Below are positions 37,816 through 50,313 of a DNA stretch of 64,000 nt, piece after piece. The position numbers and the translations under genes were made by a program. The notes under the pieces were generated by a model. That model was not told the DNA's origin. It ran no database searches and was given only the letters and a program-made list of their open reading frames with translations. The first letter of the stretch is position 1. Every line of letters starts with the position of its first letter. The stretch comes from Burkholderiaceae bacterium (lineage in GTDB: Bacteria; Pseudomonadota; Gammaproteobacteria; Burkholderiales; Burkholderiaceae_C): NCBI GenBank assembly GCA_049296795.1, contig JBAQTC010000013.1, positions 90,527 to 154,526 on the forward strand, written 5' to 3'.

Positions 37816-39338
37816 TGCAGCAACTCGCTACGCCGCAGCAAGCCGCCCGCTGGTTACACAGCCAAGTCAGTGGCAGCCTGACAACTGACAGCCGACAAGT
37901 TCGCCCGGGTGATGGTTTCCTGGCCTGGCCTGGCTTGGCAACTGATGGTCGAAATTATGTGGCTGCTGCGCTGGCTCAGGGGGCGGCCGCTTGTTTGGTC
38001 GAGCAGCAGGACGTGGCCAACTTTCATTTTGACAGCGACCAAGTAGCCTGTTACCAGGATTTGAAGCAAGCCTGCGGTTCGGTGGCGAGCGCTTATTTTG
38101 ATCAGCCGAGCCACCAACTGGCGGTGCTGGCCATTACCGGGACCAATGGCAAGACCTCGACCGCTTGGTGGCTAGCCCAGGCCTTGACGAATTTGCAGCA
38201 AGTCAAGGCCATTCCTTGCGGTGTGATCGGAACCCTGGGCGTGGGTCAACCGCCCAGCGCAGGCCGTGCAGCGCAACTCCAACCCTTCGGCCTGACTACG
38301 CCGGACCCGGTGTTGTTGCAGCGTTATTTGCATGAATTCGTGAGCGCGGGTTTGCAAGCCTGTGCCATCGAAGCTTCTTCAATTGGAATTGAGCAGAAAC
38401 GGCTGGACGCTACGCAAATTCATAGCGCTGTGTTCACCAATTTCAGCCAGGACCATCTTGACTACCACGGCTCCATGCAGGACTACTGGCGTGCCAAAGC
38501 GGCCCTGTTTCAATGGCCTGGCCTGAAGGCTGCGGTGATCAATGTGGACGATGAAAAAGGCGCTGAACTCGCTGCCACTATGGCTGGTGGAGCGGTCGAT
38601 CTGTGGACTTATTCTGTGCGCGGTCCAGCCCGCTTGCAGGCCCAAGACACCCGCTACGATGCGCACGGTTTGCAGTTCACGGTGCGCGAAAACGACGAGA
38701 CCCACTGCTTGAAAACACGGTTGATCGGACAGTTCAACCTGTCCAATTTGCTCGCTGTGATTGGCACCATGCGTTCAGTCGGCGTGTCTTTGGCGGATGC
38801 AGTCCAGGCTTGTACCACGCTGTTGCCGGTGCCCGGAAGAATGGAGTGTTACGCAGCGCCTGGTCAAACACTGGTGGCGGTTGACTATGCGCATACGCCC
38901 GACGCTTTGGCCCAGGCTTTATTGGCTTTGCGTGGCTTGGCCGAACAACGCGGTGGCCAGCTTTGGTGTGTGTTTGGTTGCGGCGGAGACCGCGATGCCA
39001 GCAAGCGCGCCTTAATGGGTGCGATGGCGGCCAGTTATGCCGACCGGGTGGTGGTCACCAGTGACAATCCGCGCAGTGAGAAAGCGCAGACCATCATCAG
39101 CCAGATTTTGTTGGGACTGACAGGACACCCCGATGTGACGGTGCAAGCCGATCGGGGTTTGGCGATTCAGGAAACCTTGGCTGCCAGTCAGAAGGCCGAT
39201 GTGGTGCTGATTGCGGGCAAGGGGCACGAGACCTATCAGGAAGTTGCCGGACACAAGCTGCCTTTTTCGGATGCGGCTCAAGTGCAAAAATTCTTTCAGC
39301 AGCATAGCGCGACTGCAAGTCAGGAGCTGGCTCCATGA
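37815..39338 (+). CDS. murE: UDP-N-acetylmuramoyl-L-alanyl-D-glutamate--2,6-diaminopimelate ligase
   Basis: TDSRQVRPGDGF, GTNGKTST and a DNPR motif near the C-terminus (SDNPRSE). Confidence 0.95.
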   Translation: MQQLATPQQAARWLHSQVSGSLTTDSRQVRPGDGFLAWPGLATDGRNYVAAALAQGAAACLVEQQDVANFHFDSDQVACYQDLKQACGSVASAYFDQPSHQLAVLAITGTNGKTSTAWWLAQALTNLQQVKAIPCGVIGTLGVGQPPSAGRAAQLQPFGLTTPDPVLLQRYLHEFVSAGLQACAIEASSIGIEQKRLDATQIHSAVFTNFSQDHLDYHGSMQDYWRAKAALFQWPGLKAAVINVDDEKGAELAATMAGGAVDLWTYSVRGPARLQAQDTRYDAHGLQFTVRENDETHCLKTRLIGQFNLSNLLAVIGTMRSVGVSLADAVQACTTLLPVPGRMECYAAPGQTLVAVDYAHTPDALAQALLALRGLAEQRGGQLWCVFGCGGDRDASKRALMGAMAASYADRVVVTSDNPRSEKAQTIISQILLGLTGHPDVTVQADRGLAIQETLAASQKADVVLIAGKGHETYQEVAGHKLPFSDAAQVQKFFQQHSATASQELAP

Positions 39339-40750
39339 GCGCGATGATGAACTTGCTGCAAGCCCGGGACTGGATTCCTGGCGCCCGCTTGTCGGGCGCG
39401 GGCGAAGTCATGATTCAAAGAGTGCACACCGACAGTCGCAGCCTAGAGCCGGGCGACTTGTTCATTGCACTCCAAGGTGAGCATTTCGATGCCCAAGATT
39501 TTCTGGCCGAAGCCAAAGCCAAAGGTGCGGTCGCGGTGATTTGTCAGGACGAAACCAAGTTGCAACAGGCCGGTTTACCCGGTCTCATCGTAGCCAACAG
39601 CACCCAGGCGCTGGCTGCGCTGGCAAAGGGCTGGCGTGCGCAATTCAAGCTGCCTTTGATCGCCGTGACTGGTAGCAACGGCAAGACCACGGTGACACAA
39701 ATGTTGGCGTCGATTCTGCGTGCTTTCAAGCCTCAAACCATGTTGGCGACACAAGGAAATTTCAACAATGAAATTGGTGTTGCGCTGACGCTGTTGCGCT
39801 TGCGTGAACACCATGACATTGCGGTGCTTGAACTTGGGATGAACCATCCCGGAGAAATTTCCACGCTCGCGGACATGGCCCAACCGACGGTGGCACTGGT
39901 CAACAACGCCCAGCGTGAGCACATGGAATTCATGGCCACAATAGAGGCCGTGGCCAGGGAAAACGCCGCGGTCATTGAAGCCTTGGCGCCGACCGGTGTG
40001 GCCGTGTTTCCGGCTGATGACACTTTCAGCCCGCTCTGGCGTCAACTCAGCGGCGAGCGAGCGCATTTTGAATTCTCAATGGGGGCCTCGTCCTCAGCCA
40101 ATCAACTGGGCTGTGAGTTGCCTTTATGGGACGATGGTTGCTGGCAGGTTCAAGCGCATACCCCGATCGGTGCGTTGCGCTATAGCTTGCGGATTGCGGG
40201 ATTGCACAACGTCAAAAATTCCTTGGCAGCCATGGCCTGTGCCCTGGCCGCTGGCGTGGCGCCCGCTGCGATTGCTCAGGGACTCGACAACTTCACGGCA
40301 GTCAAGGGACGTTCAAGCGCCAAGACGCTGCACTTCGCTGGCCGACGCATCACCTTGATCGATGATTCCTACAACGCCAATCCGGATTCGGTGCGCGCTG
40401 CCATCGAGGTGCTGGCGGGTTTACCGGGTCCCCGCCTTCTGGTGCTGGGTGATATGGGCGAGGTCGGCAACGAAGGGCCACGCTTTCACGCCGAAATCGG
40501 TGCCTATGCCCGTGACTTGGGGATCGATGTCATGTTGACCTTGGGCACTGCATCGGCGATGAGCGCTGACAGCTTTGGAGCTGGTCAGCACTTCCTAGAT
40601 ATCGATGCCTTGAATCGGACCGTACTCGAGCGGATGCCGACCTTGTCCAGCATCTTGGTCAAGGGCTCACGTTTTATGAAAATGGAGCGGGTGACAGCAG
40701 CACTTACTGCGCTGGCAACTGCAGGCCAGGAGGATGCCCATGCTGCTTAG
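39335..40750 (+). CDS. murF: UDP-N-acetylmuramoyl-tripeptide--D-alanyl-D-alanine ligase
   Basis: [19 protein letters not shown] and [10 protein letters not shown] motifs. It overlaps the murE stop. Confidence 0.95.
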   Translation: MSAMMNLLQARDWIPGARLSGAGEVMIQRVHTDSRSLEPGDLFIALQGEHFDAQDFLAEAKAKGAVAVICQDETKLQQAGLPGLIVANSTQALAALAKGWRAQFKLPLIAVTGSNGKTTVTQMLASILRAFKPQTMLATQGNFNNEIGVALTLLRLREHHDIAVLELGMNHPGEISTLADMAQPTVALVNNAQREHMEFMATIEAVARENAAVIEALAPTGVAVFPADDTFSPLWRQLSGERAHFEFSMGASSSANQLGCELPLWDDGCWQVQAHTPIGALRYSLRIAGLHNVKNSLAAMACALAAGVAPAAIAQGLDNFTAVKGRSSAKTLHFAGRRITLIDDSYNANPDSVRAAIEVLAGLPGPRLLVLGDMGEVGNEGPRFHAEIGAYARDLGIDVMLTLGTASAMSADSFGAGQHFLDIDALNRTVLERMPTLSSILVKGSRFMKMERVTAALTALATAGQEDAHAA

Positions 40751-41918
40751 CTTGACCCAGTGGTTGCAGACCATGTCACCCGAATTCGGTTATTTCAGGG
40801 TATTTCAGTACCTGACGCTGCGCGCGGTGTTGGCGGCGGTGACTGCTTTGTTGATCGGCCTGATTGCGGGTCCGCGCGTGATTCGCCGCCTGACTGAACT
40901 CAAAATCGGGCAGCCGATTCGCGGTTACGGCATGGAATCACATTTGAGCAAGAGCGGAACGCCGACCATGGGTGGCGTCTTGATTTTGCTGAGCATCGCG
41001 ATTTCGACTTTGCTGTGGGCTGACCTGAGCAACCGCTTTGTCTGGATCGTGCTACTGGTTACGCTGGGTTTTGGTGCCATCGGTTGGGTTGATGATTGGC
41101 GCAAAGTGGTGCACAAGGACCCAGAGGGAATGAGTTCGCGCGAGAAGTATGTTTGGCAATCCCTGATTGGTTTGAGCGCTGCGCTGTATCTGGTGTTCAG
41201 TATCTCCGAGAGTTCCAATCTCAAGGTTTTGGAGTTATTTTTCAGATGGGTGGAGTCTGGCTTTGATTTGAATTTGCCGCCCAAGGCAGGTCTGTTACTG
41301 CCCTTTATCAAAGAGGTCAGCTACCCCTTGGGGGTGTTGGGCTTTGTGATCCTGACCTACTTGGTGATCGTGGGTGCTAGCAATGCCGTCAATTTGACCG
41401 ATGGTTTGGATGGCTTGGCCATCATGCCGGTGGTGATGGTGGGCTCGGCGCTAGGTGTATTTGCTTATGTCACGGGCAGTTCGGTTTATTCGAAGTACCT
41501 GTTATTTCCCTACATCCCTGGATCGGGTGAATTGCTGATTTTTTGTTCAGCCATGGCGGGTGCGGGTTTGGCATTTTTGTGGTTTAACACCCATCCCGCT
41601 CAGGTTTTCATGGGCGATGTCGGTGCGCTGGCCCTCGGCGCCGCGCTGGGGACGATTGCCGTCATCGTGCGTCAGGAAATTGTGTTGGCCATCATGGGTG
41701 GAATTTTTGTGGTGGAAGCCCTGTCGGTCATGTTGCAGGTGCTGTATTTCAAATACACCCGGAAGAAATACGGTGCCGGGCAACGTTTTTTCAAAATGGC
41801 TCCGTTGCACCACCATTTTGAGAAGAGCGGCTGGAAAGAATCCCAAGTGGTGGTTCGTTTCTGGATCATCACCATGCTGTTGTGCTTGGTCGGTTTATCC
41901 ACCCTGAAGTTACGTTGA
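40734..41918 (+). CDS. mraY: phospho-N-acetylmuramoyl-pentapeptide transferase
   Basis: [30 protein letters not shown] and [10 protein letters not shown] motifs. Confidence 0.95.
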   Translation: MPMLLSLTQWLQTMSPEFGYFRVFQYLTLRAVLAAVTALLIGLIAGPRVIRRLTELKIGQPIRGYGMESHLSKSGTPTMGGVLILLSIAISTLLWADLSNRFVWIVLLVTLGFGAIGWVDDWRKVVHKDPEGMSSREKYVWQSLIGLSAALYLVFSISESSNLKVLELFFRWVESGFDLNLPPKAGLLLPFIKEVSYPLGVLGFVILTYLVIVGASNAVNLTDGLDGLAIMPVVMVGSALGVFAYVTGSSVYSKYLLFPYIPGSGELLIFCSAMAGAGLAFLWFNTHPAQVFMGDVGALALGAALGTIAVIVRQEIVLAIMGGIFVVEALSVMLQVLYFKYTRKKYGAGQRFFKMAPLHHHFEKSGWKESQVVVRFWIITMLLCLVGLSTLKLR

Positions 41919-41928
41919 TCACACCAGC

Positions 41929-43434
41929 ATGAATCAACTCAAAGACCAACATGTTCTGATCCTGGGTCTGGGTGCGTCCGGCCTGGCGATGGCGCGTTGG
42001 TGTGTGGCTTGTGGGGCGCAGGTCACGGTGGCCGATAGCCGCGAAGCACCGCCTCAGTTAGCGCAGTTGCGCCAGGAACTGAGCGCTGTGGTTTTTGTAT
42101 CGGGTCCGTTGGATGCTGCGTTGCTCGCGGGAACAAGGATTCAGGCCGTTTTTGTCAGCCCCGGTCTGAGCCCCGATGCAGTGGCTGCGCCAGTCGCTGC
42201 GGCGCAAGCGCAGGGTTTGTGGTTGGGCTCCGAGTTGAGTCTTTTTATCCAGGGTTTGGCCGAGCTGCGTAGCGAACTCAACTACCAGCCCAAAGTGCTG
42301 GCCATCACCGGGACCAACGGCAAGACTACCGTCACTGCGCTGACCGGACAATTGGTGCAGCGCAGCGGGAAAACCGTGGCCGTTGCCGGCAACATCGGCC
42401 CGACCTTGCTCGATACGCTGTCGCAATGTCGGGCGAACAACAGTCTGCCTGAGGTGTGGGTGCTGGAGCTGTCGAGTTTCCAATTGCATTACACGCAGGG
42501 CTTCGAGCCTAGCGCGGCCACCGTGCTCAATATCAGTCAGGATCATTTGGATTGGCATGGCAGCCTGGCGGCTTACACGGCGGCCAAGGCCACCATCTTC
42601 GGCGAAACCGGACTGATGCTGCTCAATCGGGAAGATTCACGGGTAATGGCGATGCTGCCCGCCCCAACCAAAGTACGCCGGCAACGTGAACACGTCAGCT
42701 TTGGCTACAACCTGCCGCAACGTGCTGGCGACTATGGATTGGAAGAAGTCAACGGCATGGTCTGGCTGGTGCGGGCCATGCCGGCCGAAGAGTCGCACAA
42801 AATTCGCAAAGCACACGTGCAGGAACTGCATATTCAGCGTCTGATGCCCGCTGATGCCTTGCGTATTCGTGGCCGACACAATGCCCTGAATGCGCTGGCC
42901 GCTTTGGCTTTGGCATCTGCAGCGGGGTGCAGCTTGGCGCCGATGCTCTATGGTTTGCGCGAGTACCGAGGTGAGCCGCACCGGGTGGAATCAGTCGCAA
43001 CCTTAAATGAAGTTGAGTACTTTGATGACAGCAAAGGCACCAACGTCGGCGCTACGGTGGCTGCGCTCAGCGGTTTAGGCCAGGAGCGCAAACTGGTTCT
43101 GATTCTGGGCGGCGAGGGCAAGGGTCAGGATTTCATGCCATTGGTGAGCCCTGTGAGTCGTTATGTTCGCTGCGTGGTGCTGATCGGACGCGATGCGGGC
43201 TTAATTCGCGCTGCACTCGCTGCTTGCAACGTACCCCTGCTCGATGCCAGCTCCATGGAGCAGGCCGTGGCCTTGGCCCATGCACAGGCATTGGCCGGCG
43301 ATGCAGTTCTGTTGTCACCGGCTTGCGCCAGTTTTGACATGTTTGACAATTACAGCCATCGCGCTGCAGCGTTCTGCGCTGCACTCAGAGCCTTGGCACT
43401 CGATGCCGGAACCGAATTGGTGAGTACCTCATGA
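41929..43434 (+). CDS. murD: UDP-N-acetylmuramoylalanine--D-glutamate ligase
   Basis: [21 protein letters not shown] and DDSKGTN motifs. Confidence 0.95.
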   Translation: MNQLKDQHVLILGLGASGLAMARWCVACGAQVTVADSREAPPQLAQLRQELSAVVFVSGPLDAALLAGTRIQAVFVSPGLSPDAVAAPVAAAQAQGLWLGSELSLFIQGLAELRSELNYQPKVLAITGTNGKTTVTALTGQLVQRSGKTVAVAGNIGPTLLDTLSQCRANNSLPEVWVLELSSFQLHYTQGFEPSAATVLNISQDHLDWHGSLAAYTAAKATIFGETGLMLLNREDSRVMAMLPAPTKVRRQREHVSFGYNLPQRAGDYGLEEVNGMVWLVRAMPAEESHKIRKAHVQELHIQRLMPADALRIRGRHNALNALAALALASAAGCSLAPMLYGLREYRGEPHRVESVATLNEVEYFDDSKGTNVGATVAALSGLGQERKLVLILGGEGKGQDFMPLVSPVSRYVRCVVLIGRDAGLIRAALAACNVPLLDASSMEQAVALAHAQALAGDAVLLSPACASFDMFDNYSHRAAAFCAALRALALDAGTELVSTS

Positions 43435-44681
43435 GCGCTTTGGCCCAACGCTTCTCAACTTGGTTCTCGCGTGGTTCAGCCAGCAGCGATGCGCATTTGT
43501 CTTTGGGCGGCCTGGCGCTAGGTGGGGGCAGAACGCAGTCGGTTCGGGTGTTTGGCTATGACCAGGCTCTGATTTGGGTCACTCTGTCTTTGCTGGCCTG
43601 GGGTTTGATCATGGTGTATTCGGCGTCAATTGCCATGCCTGACAACCCCAAGTTCACGCGTTTTGCATCGACTCATTTCTTGGTTCGGCACTTGGCCTCC
43701 TTGGTCGTGGCCCTGGTAGCTGCATTGATCGCATTCCAGATCCCGCTGTCAACTTGGGAAAAAGTCGCACCTTGGCTGTTTGTTGCTTCTCTGGTGTTGT
43801 TGATCGCTGTGTTGATTCCTCATGTGGGCAAAGGCGTCAATGGCGCCAGACGCTGGATTGCATTTGGGGGGATGAATTTCCAACCCTCGGAGTTAGCCAA
43901 GTTTGCAGTATTGCTGTACGCTGCGGACTACATGGTGCGGAAAATGGAAGTTAAAGAGCGGTTTTTCCGCGCCGTGATGCCGATGGGCGTGGCCATTGCT
44001 GTCGTCGGTCTGCTGTTGTTGGCGGAGCCTGACATGGGCGCTTTCATGGTGATTGCTGTGATTGCCATGGGTATCTTGTTTCTGGGCGGTGTCAATGCCC
44101 GTATGTTCTTCCTGATCGCCGCGATTTTGGTGGTCGCTTTTGGTCTGATGATCGCTTTTTCCGAATGGCGGCGTGAGCGAATTTTTGCTTACTTGGACCC
44201 GTGGGACGCCAAACACACCCTGGGCAAGGGTTACCAATTGACACACTCTTTGATCGCTATCGGCCGCGGTGAAATTTTTGGCGTTGGACTTGGCGGCAGC
44301 ATCGAAAAACTTCACTGGTTGCCCGAGGCCCATACGGACTTTCTGCTCGCCGTGATCGGTGAGGAATTCGGCCTGGTTGGCGTGGTCACCGTCTTGGGCC
44401 TGTTCTTCTGGTTGACGCGCCGCATCATTCATATTGGACGGCAAGCCATTGCGATGGATCGCTTGTTCGCCGGACTGGTGGCGCAGGGTGTGGGGATCTG
44501 GATGGGATTTCAGTCTTTCATCAACATGGGCGTGAATCTGGGGGCACTTCCGACCAAGGGGCTGACTCTGCCCTTGATGAGCTATGGCGGGTCGGCCATC
44601 CTGCTCAATATGGTGGCGCTGGCTGTCGTTTTGCGGATTGATTACGAGAACCGGCAAATGATGCATGGAGGCCGGTTATGA
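43431..44681 (+). CDS. ftsW: lipid II flippase / peptidoglycan glycosyltransferase FtsW
   Basis: SEDS-family membrane protein ([32 protein letters not shown]) in the dcw position. Confidence 0.95.
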   Translation: MSALAQRFSTWFSRGSASSDAHLSLGGLALGGGRTQSVRVFGYDQALIWVTLSLLAWGLIMVYSASIAMPDNPKFTRFASTHFLVRHLASLVVALVAALIAFQIPLSTWEKVAPWLFVASLVLLIAVLIPHVGKGVNGARRWIAFGGMNFQPSELAKFAVLLYAADYMVRKMEVKERFFRAVMPMGVAIAVVGLLLLAEPDMGAFMVIAVIAMGILFLGGVNARMFFLIAAILVVAFGLMIAFSEWRRERIFAYLDPWDAKHTLGKGYQLTHSLIAIGRGEIFGVGLGGSIEKLHWLPEAHTDFLLAVIGEEFGLVGVVTVLGLFFWLTRRIIHIGRQAIAMDRLFAGLVAQGVGIWMGFQSFINMGVNLGALPTKGLTLPLMSYGGSAILLNMVALAVVLRIDYENRQMMHGGRL

Positions 44682-45757
44682 GCCAAAAATGCGCCTTGGT
44701 GATGGCTGGCGGAACGGGGGGCCACATCTTCCCTGGCTTGGCTGTGGCTGACGCTTTGCGCGATCGGGGTTGGCGTGTGCACTGGCTCGGTGGGCCGGGC
44801 AGCGCGGGAAAACCGAGCATGGAAAGTGAATTGGTTCCTGGGCGTGGCTACTCTTTTGAAGTTGTGGATTTCTCTGGAGTTCGCGGTAAAAATGCTATCA
44901 CTTTGGCCTGGTTGCCACTGCGTTTACTCAAGGCTTTTTGGCAAAGTATCCAGGTGCTGCGTCGGGTCAAGCCCGATGTGCTGGTGGGACTAGGCGGCTA
45001 CATCACGTTCCCGGGCGCCATGATGGGTGTGCTGTTGGGTAAGCCACTGATCCTGCACGAACAAAATTCGGTGGCGGGCATGGTCAACCGGGTGCTGGCT
45101 GGCGTCGCCGATCGCGTTTTCACCGCTTTTCCCGCGGTACTCAAAAAAGGTCTGTGGGTGGGTAATCCCCTGCGACCGGCTTTTTTCCAACAAGGCGACC
45201 CGGTGACTCGGTTCGCCCAGCGCAGCGGTCCTTTGCGCTTGCTGGTGGTCGGTGGCAGCTTGGGCGCCAAGGCCTTGAATGAGGTGGTTCCCAAGGCGCT
45301 GGCTCAGATCCCGGAAGCGGTGCGTCCGCAAGTCATGCATCAAAGCGGAGCGCATCAGATAGAAGCCTTGCGCGCCAACTACGCCGCCGCCGGAGTGCGT
45401 GCCGAACTGACGCCTTTCATCGACGACACGGCCCAGGCGTTTGCCCAGGCTGATCTGGTGCTGTGCCGCTGCGGCGCCAGCACCGTGACCGAGATCGCGG
45501 CGGTGGGTGCGGCAGCGGTGTGGGTGCCATTCCCCCATGCCGTCGATGACCATCAAACCGTCAACGCGCAGTTCATGGTCAAGCAGGGGGCGGGTTGGTT
45601 GCTGCCGCAAGCGGAGCTGAGTCCCGAGAAATTGGCGCAGCTGTTGCTAACCCTGGAACGACCGGTCTTGCTGGAAATGGCTTTGAAAGCCAAGCAACTG
45701 GAAAAAATCGATGCTGTGCACGACATAGTGCAGGCTTGTGAGGAGTTGGTCGGATGA
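44678..45757 (+). CDS. murG: undecaprenyldiphospho-muramoylpentapeptide beta-N-acetylglucosaminyltransferase
   Basis: [16 protein letters not shown], and a C-terminal [12 protein letters not shown]...DDHQTVNA. Confidence 0.95.
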   Translation: MSQKCALVMAGGTGGHIFPGLAVADALRDRGWRVHWLGGPGSAGKPSMESELVPGRGYSFEVVDFSGVRGKNAITLAWLPLRLLKAFWQSIQVLRRVKPDVLVGLGGYITFPGAMMGVLLGKPLILHEQNSVAGMVNRVLAGVADRVFTAFPAVLKKGLWVGNPLRPAFFQQGDPVTRFAQRSGPLRLLVVGGSLGAKALNEVVPKALAQIPEAVRPQVMHQSGAHQIEALRANYAAAGVRAELTPFIDDTAQAFAQADLVLCRCGASTVTEIAAVGAAAVWVPFPHAVDDHQTVNAQFMVKQGAGWLLPQAELSPEKLAQLLLTLERPVLLEMALKAKQLEKIDAVHDIVQACEELVG

Positions 45758-47175
45758 AACACGCGATACGTCGAATTCATTTTGTCGGCATTGGGGGTGC
45801 CGGTATGTCGGGCATTGCCGAAGTCTTGCTCAATCAGGGTTATGTCATATCGGGCTCCGATCTGGCTGACAGCCCAACGCTCAAACGCTTGGCAGGTTTG
45901 GGTATCAAAACTTATGTCGGTCACAGCCCAGCCCATTTGGAGCAGGTGGATGCGGTAGTGACTTCGACCGCCGTGCAAGCCCACAACCCGGAGGTGATGG
46001 CAGCACGCGAAAAGCAAATTCCAGTGGTGCCGCGGGCCGTGATGCTGGCCGAGTTAATGCGCCTGAAGCAGGGTATTGCCATTGCTGGCACCCACGGCAA
46101 GACCACCACCACCAGTTTGGTCGCCAGCGTGCTGGCCGAAGCCGGCTTGGATCCGACTTTCGTCATCGGCGGGCGTTTGAACAGTGCGGGGGCCAACGCC
46201 CGTCTCGGCAGCGGTGAGCACATCGTGGTGGAGGCTGACGAGTCCGATGCTTCCTTCTTGAACCTGTTGCCGGTGATGGCGGTGGTCACCAACATCGATG
46301 CCGATCACATGGAGACTTATGGTCACGACTTTGATCGTCTGAAGTCGGCCTTCGTTGATTTTCTACACCGGATGCCTTTTTACGGCACGGCCATTCTCTG
46401 CACCGATGACGCGGCCGTGCGCTCCATCATGCCGCTGGTGACCTGCCCGATTACCAGTTATGGCTTCGGGCCCGAGGCCCAGGTGCGGGCCGTTGACGTC
46501 AAAGCCGTGGGTGAGCAAATGCATTTCACCGTTCAGCGTCGCAATGGCGTGGTGTTGGCGGACTTGCCTGTGGTGTTGAATTTGCCGGGGCGGCACAACG
46601 TGCTCAACGCCTTGTCGGCGGTGGCGGTGGCAGCTGAACTTGATTTGCCAGATGCGGCACTCCAAAAAGCTTTGGCGGAGTTCAAAGGTGTGGGGCGGCG
46701 TTTTCAGCGACATGGGGAAGTGGCGCTGGCCGACGGCGCCAGCTTCACCTTGATCGAGGACTACGGCCACCATCCGGTTGAAATCGCGGCCACGTTGGAA
46801 GCGGCTCGCGGCGCATTTCCTGGACGACGCTTGGTTCTGGCATTTCAGCCACACCGCTATACCCGTACCCGTGATTGTTTTGAAGATTTCGTTGGTGTGA
46901 TCGCTCAGTTCGATGCCGTGTTACTGGCTGATGTGTATGCGGCCGGGGAAGAACCGATTGTGGCGGCCGATAGCCGCGCCCTGGCCCGTGCCTTGCGGGT
47001 AACGGGCAAGGTTGAGCCGCTGTTTGTCGGCGACATCGTTCAGATGCCGCAAGCGATCTTGGAGCAGGCCCGCGCAGGTGATGTGGTGCTGTGCATGGGG
47101 GCTGGATCGATTGGCAACGTGCCCGCAAAAATCATGGCGGCACAGCAGACCGATCAACACGGGAGTGTGAAATGA
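45754..47175 (+). CDS. murC: UDP-N-acetylmuramate--L-alanine ligase
   Basis: [27 protein letters not shown] and DYGHHP motifs. Confidence 0.95.
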   Translation: MKHAIRRIHFVGIGGAGMSGIAEVLLNQGYVISGSDLADSPTLKRLAGLGIKTYVGHSPAHLEQVDAVVTSTAVQAHNPEVMAAREKQIPVVPRAVMLAELMRLKQGIAIAGTHGKTTTTSLVASVLAEAGLDPTFVIGGRLNSAGANARLGSGEHIVVEADESDASFLNLLPVMAVVTNIDADHMETYGHDFDRLKSAFVDFLHRMPFYGTAILCTDDAAVRSIMPLVTCPITSYGFGPEAQVRAVDVKAVGEQMHFTVQRRNGVVLADLPVVLNLPGRHNVLNALSAVAVAAELDLPDAALQKALAEFKGVGRRFQRHGEVALADGASFTLIEDYGHHPVEIAATLEAARGAFPGRRLVLAFQPHRYTRTRDCFEDFVGVIAQFDAVLLADVYAAGEEPIVAADSRALARALRVTGKVEPLFVGDIVQMPQAILEQARAGDVVLCMGAGSIGNVPAKIMAAQQTDQHGSVK

Positions 47176-48155
47176 TGGCTCAACATCTGGGTAAAGTCGC
47201 GGTGCTGATGGGTGGTGCTTCCGCGGAGCGCGAGATTTCTTTGCTGTCAGGGCAGGGTGTGCTGCAGGCTTTGCGGGAGAGCGGGGTTGATGCCCATGCT
47301 TTCGATCCGGCCGAGCGTGATTTGATCGATCTCAAGCGCGAGGGTTTTGCGCGCTGCTTTATCGCTTTACACGGTCGCTTTGGTGAAGATGGAACAGTCC
47401 AAGGCGCACTCGAGCTTTTGGCCATCCCCTATACCGGCTCGGGCGTGATGGCCTCCAGCATGGCACTGGACAAAGTGATGACCAAGCGGGTGTGGCGCGC
47501 TGAGGGTTTGCCGACACCGGCTTGGATGCAAGTCCAAAGTGGTTCGGATGTGCGCCAAGCCTTGGTTCACCTCGGTTCGCCCATGATTGTCAAACCTTCG
47601 CGGGAAGGTTCAACCTTGGGGCTGAGCAAAGTCAGCACGCTGGAGCAATGCGATGCGGCCTATGCGCTGGCAGCTCGCCATGATCCCCTGGTGCTGTGTG
47701 AACAGTTCATCCGTGGGGACGAAGTGACTTGCCCGGTGTTGGGTACCGGCGAGTTGGCCCGGGCCCTGCCCGTGATTCGGATTGTTGCGCCCGAAGGTAA
47801 TTACGACTACCAGAATAAATACTTCAGCGACGATACCAAGTACCTTGTTCCTTGCGGTTTGCCTGAGCAGGAAATCGTGGCGATACAAGCTTTGGTACTG
47901 CAGGCCTATCGGGTGTTGGGTTGCCGGGGCTGGGCCAGGGCCGATGTCATGATTGATGCGAGAACGCGCAAGCCTTATTTGTTGGAAATCAATACCGCTC
48001 CGGGAATGACCGGTCATTCTTTGGTTCCGATGTCGGCTCGGGCCGCGGGCATTAACTATCAGGATCTGTGTCTGCAGTTGCTGCAACTCGCGACCCTGGA
48101 TTACGCCGGCATGAGTCGAGCCGACAACAGCTCGAATAAGGACGCGGCCCAGTGA
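47172..48155 (+). CDS. ddl: D-alanine--D-alanine ligase
   Basis: [33 protein letters not shown] and EINTAPGMT motifs. ATG 47172 overlaps the murC stop, so the track start at 47091 is an extension. Confidence 0.95.
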   Translation: MMAQHLGKVAVLMGGASAEREISLLSGQGVLQALRESGVDAHAFDPAERDLIDLKREGFARCFIALHGRFGEDGTVQGALELLAIPYTGSGVMASSMALDKVMTKRVWRAEGLPTPAWMQVQSGSDVRQALVHLGSPMIVKPSREGSTLGLSKVSTLEQCDAAYALAARHDPLVLCEQFIRGDEVTCPVLGTGELARALPVIRIVAPEGNYDYQNKYFSDDTKYLVPCGLPEQEIVAIQALVLQAYRVLGCRGWARADVMIDARTRKPYLLEINTAPGMTGHSLVPMSARAAGINYQDLCLQLLQLATLDYAGMSRADNSSNKDAAQ

Positions 48156-48937
48156 AGACTCAGCCCTCCCTCCCGCTGGACATCAAGTTGATGAATTTGA
48201 CTTCATCCGCATTGATTCTGGTGTCTGGTGTGTTGATGCTCGCGGCAATGGCTGCCTGGGCGGCACAGCATCCCCTGTTTGCCATTGCTGGCATGACAGT
48301 GCGAGGAGATGTCAGCCACAACAACGCAGTGACTTTGCGGGCCAATGTAGCAGCTCGATTTTCGGGCACGTTTTTCACGCTGGACTTGAAGCGAGCGCAA
48401 AGTGTTTTTGAATCTGTTCCTTGGATTCGTCGGGCTGTGGTGCAGCGTGAGTTCCCCAACCGCTTGCGCGTTATTTTGCAAGAGCACCAACCCGTTGGCT
48501 ACTGGGGGCTAGAAGGCGAATCGCGCCTGATCAATAGCCATGGTGAAGTGTTCGAGGCCAACGTCGGTGAAATTGAGCAGGAGAGCTTGCCACGCATGTA
48601 TGGACCCGAGGATCAGGCCGGTGCGGTGTTGCAGATGTACCAGCAATTGACGCCAGTGTTCGAAGCCGTCGATCTGCTGATCGAGCAGATCGACTTGTCA
48701 GGTCGAGGCAGTTGGCGCTTGCGGCTTGACAGCGGCGCAGTGATTGAGTTGGGGCGTGGCTCGGGGGAAGAACTGATCACAAGACTGCAGCGTTTTCTAG
48801 GAGCTTTGACGCAAGTCACAGGCAAGTACGGCCGAAAACTCAATGCGTTGGAGAGTGCCGATTTGCGTTACAGCGAAGGTTTTGCGGTTCGAATTCGAGG
48901 CGTCAGTACCGTGCTGCCTGATGGGCAGAAGAAATAA
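48152..48937 (+). CDS. ftsQ: cell division protein FtsQ
   Basis: An N-terminal TM segment followed by POTRA ([24 protein letters not shown]), in the dcw position. Confidence 0.9.
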   Translation: MKTQPSLPLDIKLMNLTSSALILVSGVLMLAAMAAWAAQHPLFAIAGMTVRGDVSHNNAVTLRANVAARFSGTFFTLDLKRAQSVFESVPWIRRAVVQREFPNRLRVILQEHQPVGYWGLEGESRLINSHGEVFEANVGEIEQESLPRMYGPEDQAGAVLQMYQQLTPVFEAVDLLIEQIDLSGRGSWRLRLDSGAVIELGRGSGEELITRLQRFLGALTQVTGKYGRKLNALESADLRYSEGFAVRIRGVSTVLPDGQKK

Positions 48938-48957
48938 CAGACAGAACAGGTGAGACT

Positions 48958-50187
48958 ATGGCAAAAGAATACAAAGATCTGGTTGTTGGCTTAGACATTG
49001 GAACGGCCAAAGTGATGGCGGTGGTGGCTGAGGTGATGCCGGGCGGCGAGTTGAAGCTCGCTGGTTTGGGTATTGCGCCGAGCACCGGATTGAAGCGTGG
49101 CGTGGTGGTCAACATTGATGCGACGGTGCAAAGCATTCAACAGGCCCTCAGAGAGGCCGAATTGATGGCTGACTGCAAGATCACGCGGGTCTACACCGGG
49201 ATCACTGGCAGTCATATCCGGGGCCTGAACTCCAGTGGCATGGTGGCGGTCAAAGACAGGGAAGTCTCGGCTTCCGACATGGCGCGGGTGGTTGAAACTG
49301 CCAAAGCGATTCATATATCGACCGATCAACGCTTACTTCTGGTTGAGCCGCAGGAATACATCATTGATGGTCAAGATGTGCGGGACCCCATTGGTATGAG
49401 CGGCATTCGGCTGGAGGCCAAGGTTCACATCGTGACGGGCGCGCAAAGTGCTGCTGAAAACATCATGAAGTGTGTCCGACGTTGCGGACTGGAGGTCGAT
49501 CGCTTGATGCTCAATCCGTTGGCCTCAAGTTTGTCGGTGTTGACCGCTGACGAGCGTGAGCTTGGGGTTTGCTTGGTGGATATTGGCGCTGGCACCACCG
49601 ATGTGGCCATTTTTACCAACGGAGCGATCCGTCACACAGCGGTGATTCCGATTGCCGGGGATCTGATTACCAGCGATATCGCCATGGCCTTGCGTACGCC
49701 GACCAAAGACGCAGAAGACATCAAGGTCGAGAGCGGTTATGCCAAGCAATTGCTGGCCGATCCCGAGACTCAGGTGGAAGTTCCAGGTCTGGGGGACCGT
49801 AGCCCGCGCATGCTGAGCCGACAGGCCTTGGCAGGCGTGATTGAACCGCGAATTGAAGAAATTTTTTCACTGGTACACCAAGTCATGCGTGAGTCAGGCT
49901 GCGAAGAGATCCTGTCATCGGGCATCGTTCTCACGGGGGGCAGCTCGGTCATGCCCGGGATGGTGGAACTGGGTGAGGACATTTTCCTCAAACCGGTGCG
50001 TCGAGGCGTTCCTCAATACGCCAGCTCACTCTCAGACATGGTGGCGCAACCGCGGGCGGCGACGGTGATGGGCTTGCTCGAGGAGGCCAGGCTGGCGCGA
50101 TTGCGGGGCTTGAAAGTGGGGCAGAAAAGCGGCTCGGTGAAATCGGCCATGGGACAGATTAAAGACTGGTTTGTGGGGAATTTCTGA
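48958..50187 (+). CDS. ftsA: cell division protein FtsA
   Basis: Actin-fold motifs LVVGLDIGTAKV and VDIGAGTTDVAIF. Confidence 0.95.
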   Translation: MAKEYKDLVVGLDIGTAKVMAVVAEVMPGGELKLAGLGIAPSTGLKRGVVVNIDATVQSIQQALREAELMADCKITRVYTGITGSHIRGLNSSGMVAVKDREVSASDMARVVETAKAIHISTDQRLLLVEPQEYIIDGQDVRDPIGMSGIRLEAKVHIVTGAQSAAENIMKCVRRCGLEVDRLMLNPLASSLSVLTADERELGVCLVDIGAGTTDVAIFTNGAIRHTAVIPIAGDLITSDIAMALRTPTKDAEDIKVESGYAKQLLADPETQVEVPGLGDRSPRMLSRQALAGVIEPRIEEIFSLVHQVMRESGCEEILSSGIVLTGGSSVMPGMVELGEDIFLKPVRRGVPQYASSLSDMVAQPRAATVMGLLEEARLARLRGLKVGQKSGSVKSAMGQIKDWFVGNF

Positions 50188-50313
50188 TGAAGAAAAACAA
50201 ACTTTGGTTGGCGCGCGGAAGTCCCCATCAATGCGGAAGTGGACCGCCTTGAAGCGGAGCGAAACAAAAGCACAAAAAAATTAATTTAGGCAACTGCAGT
50301 ACAGGAGAACAAC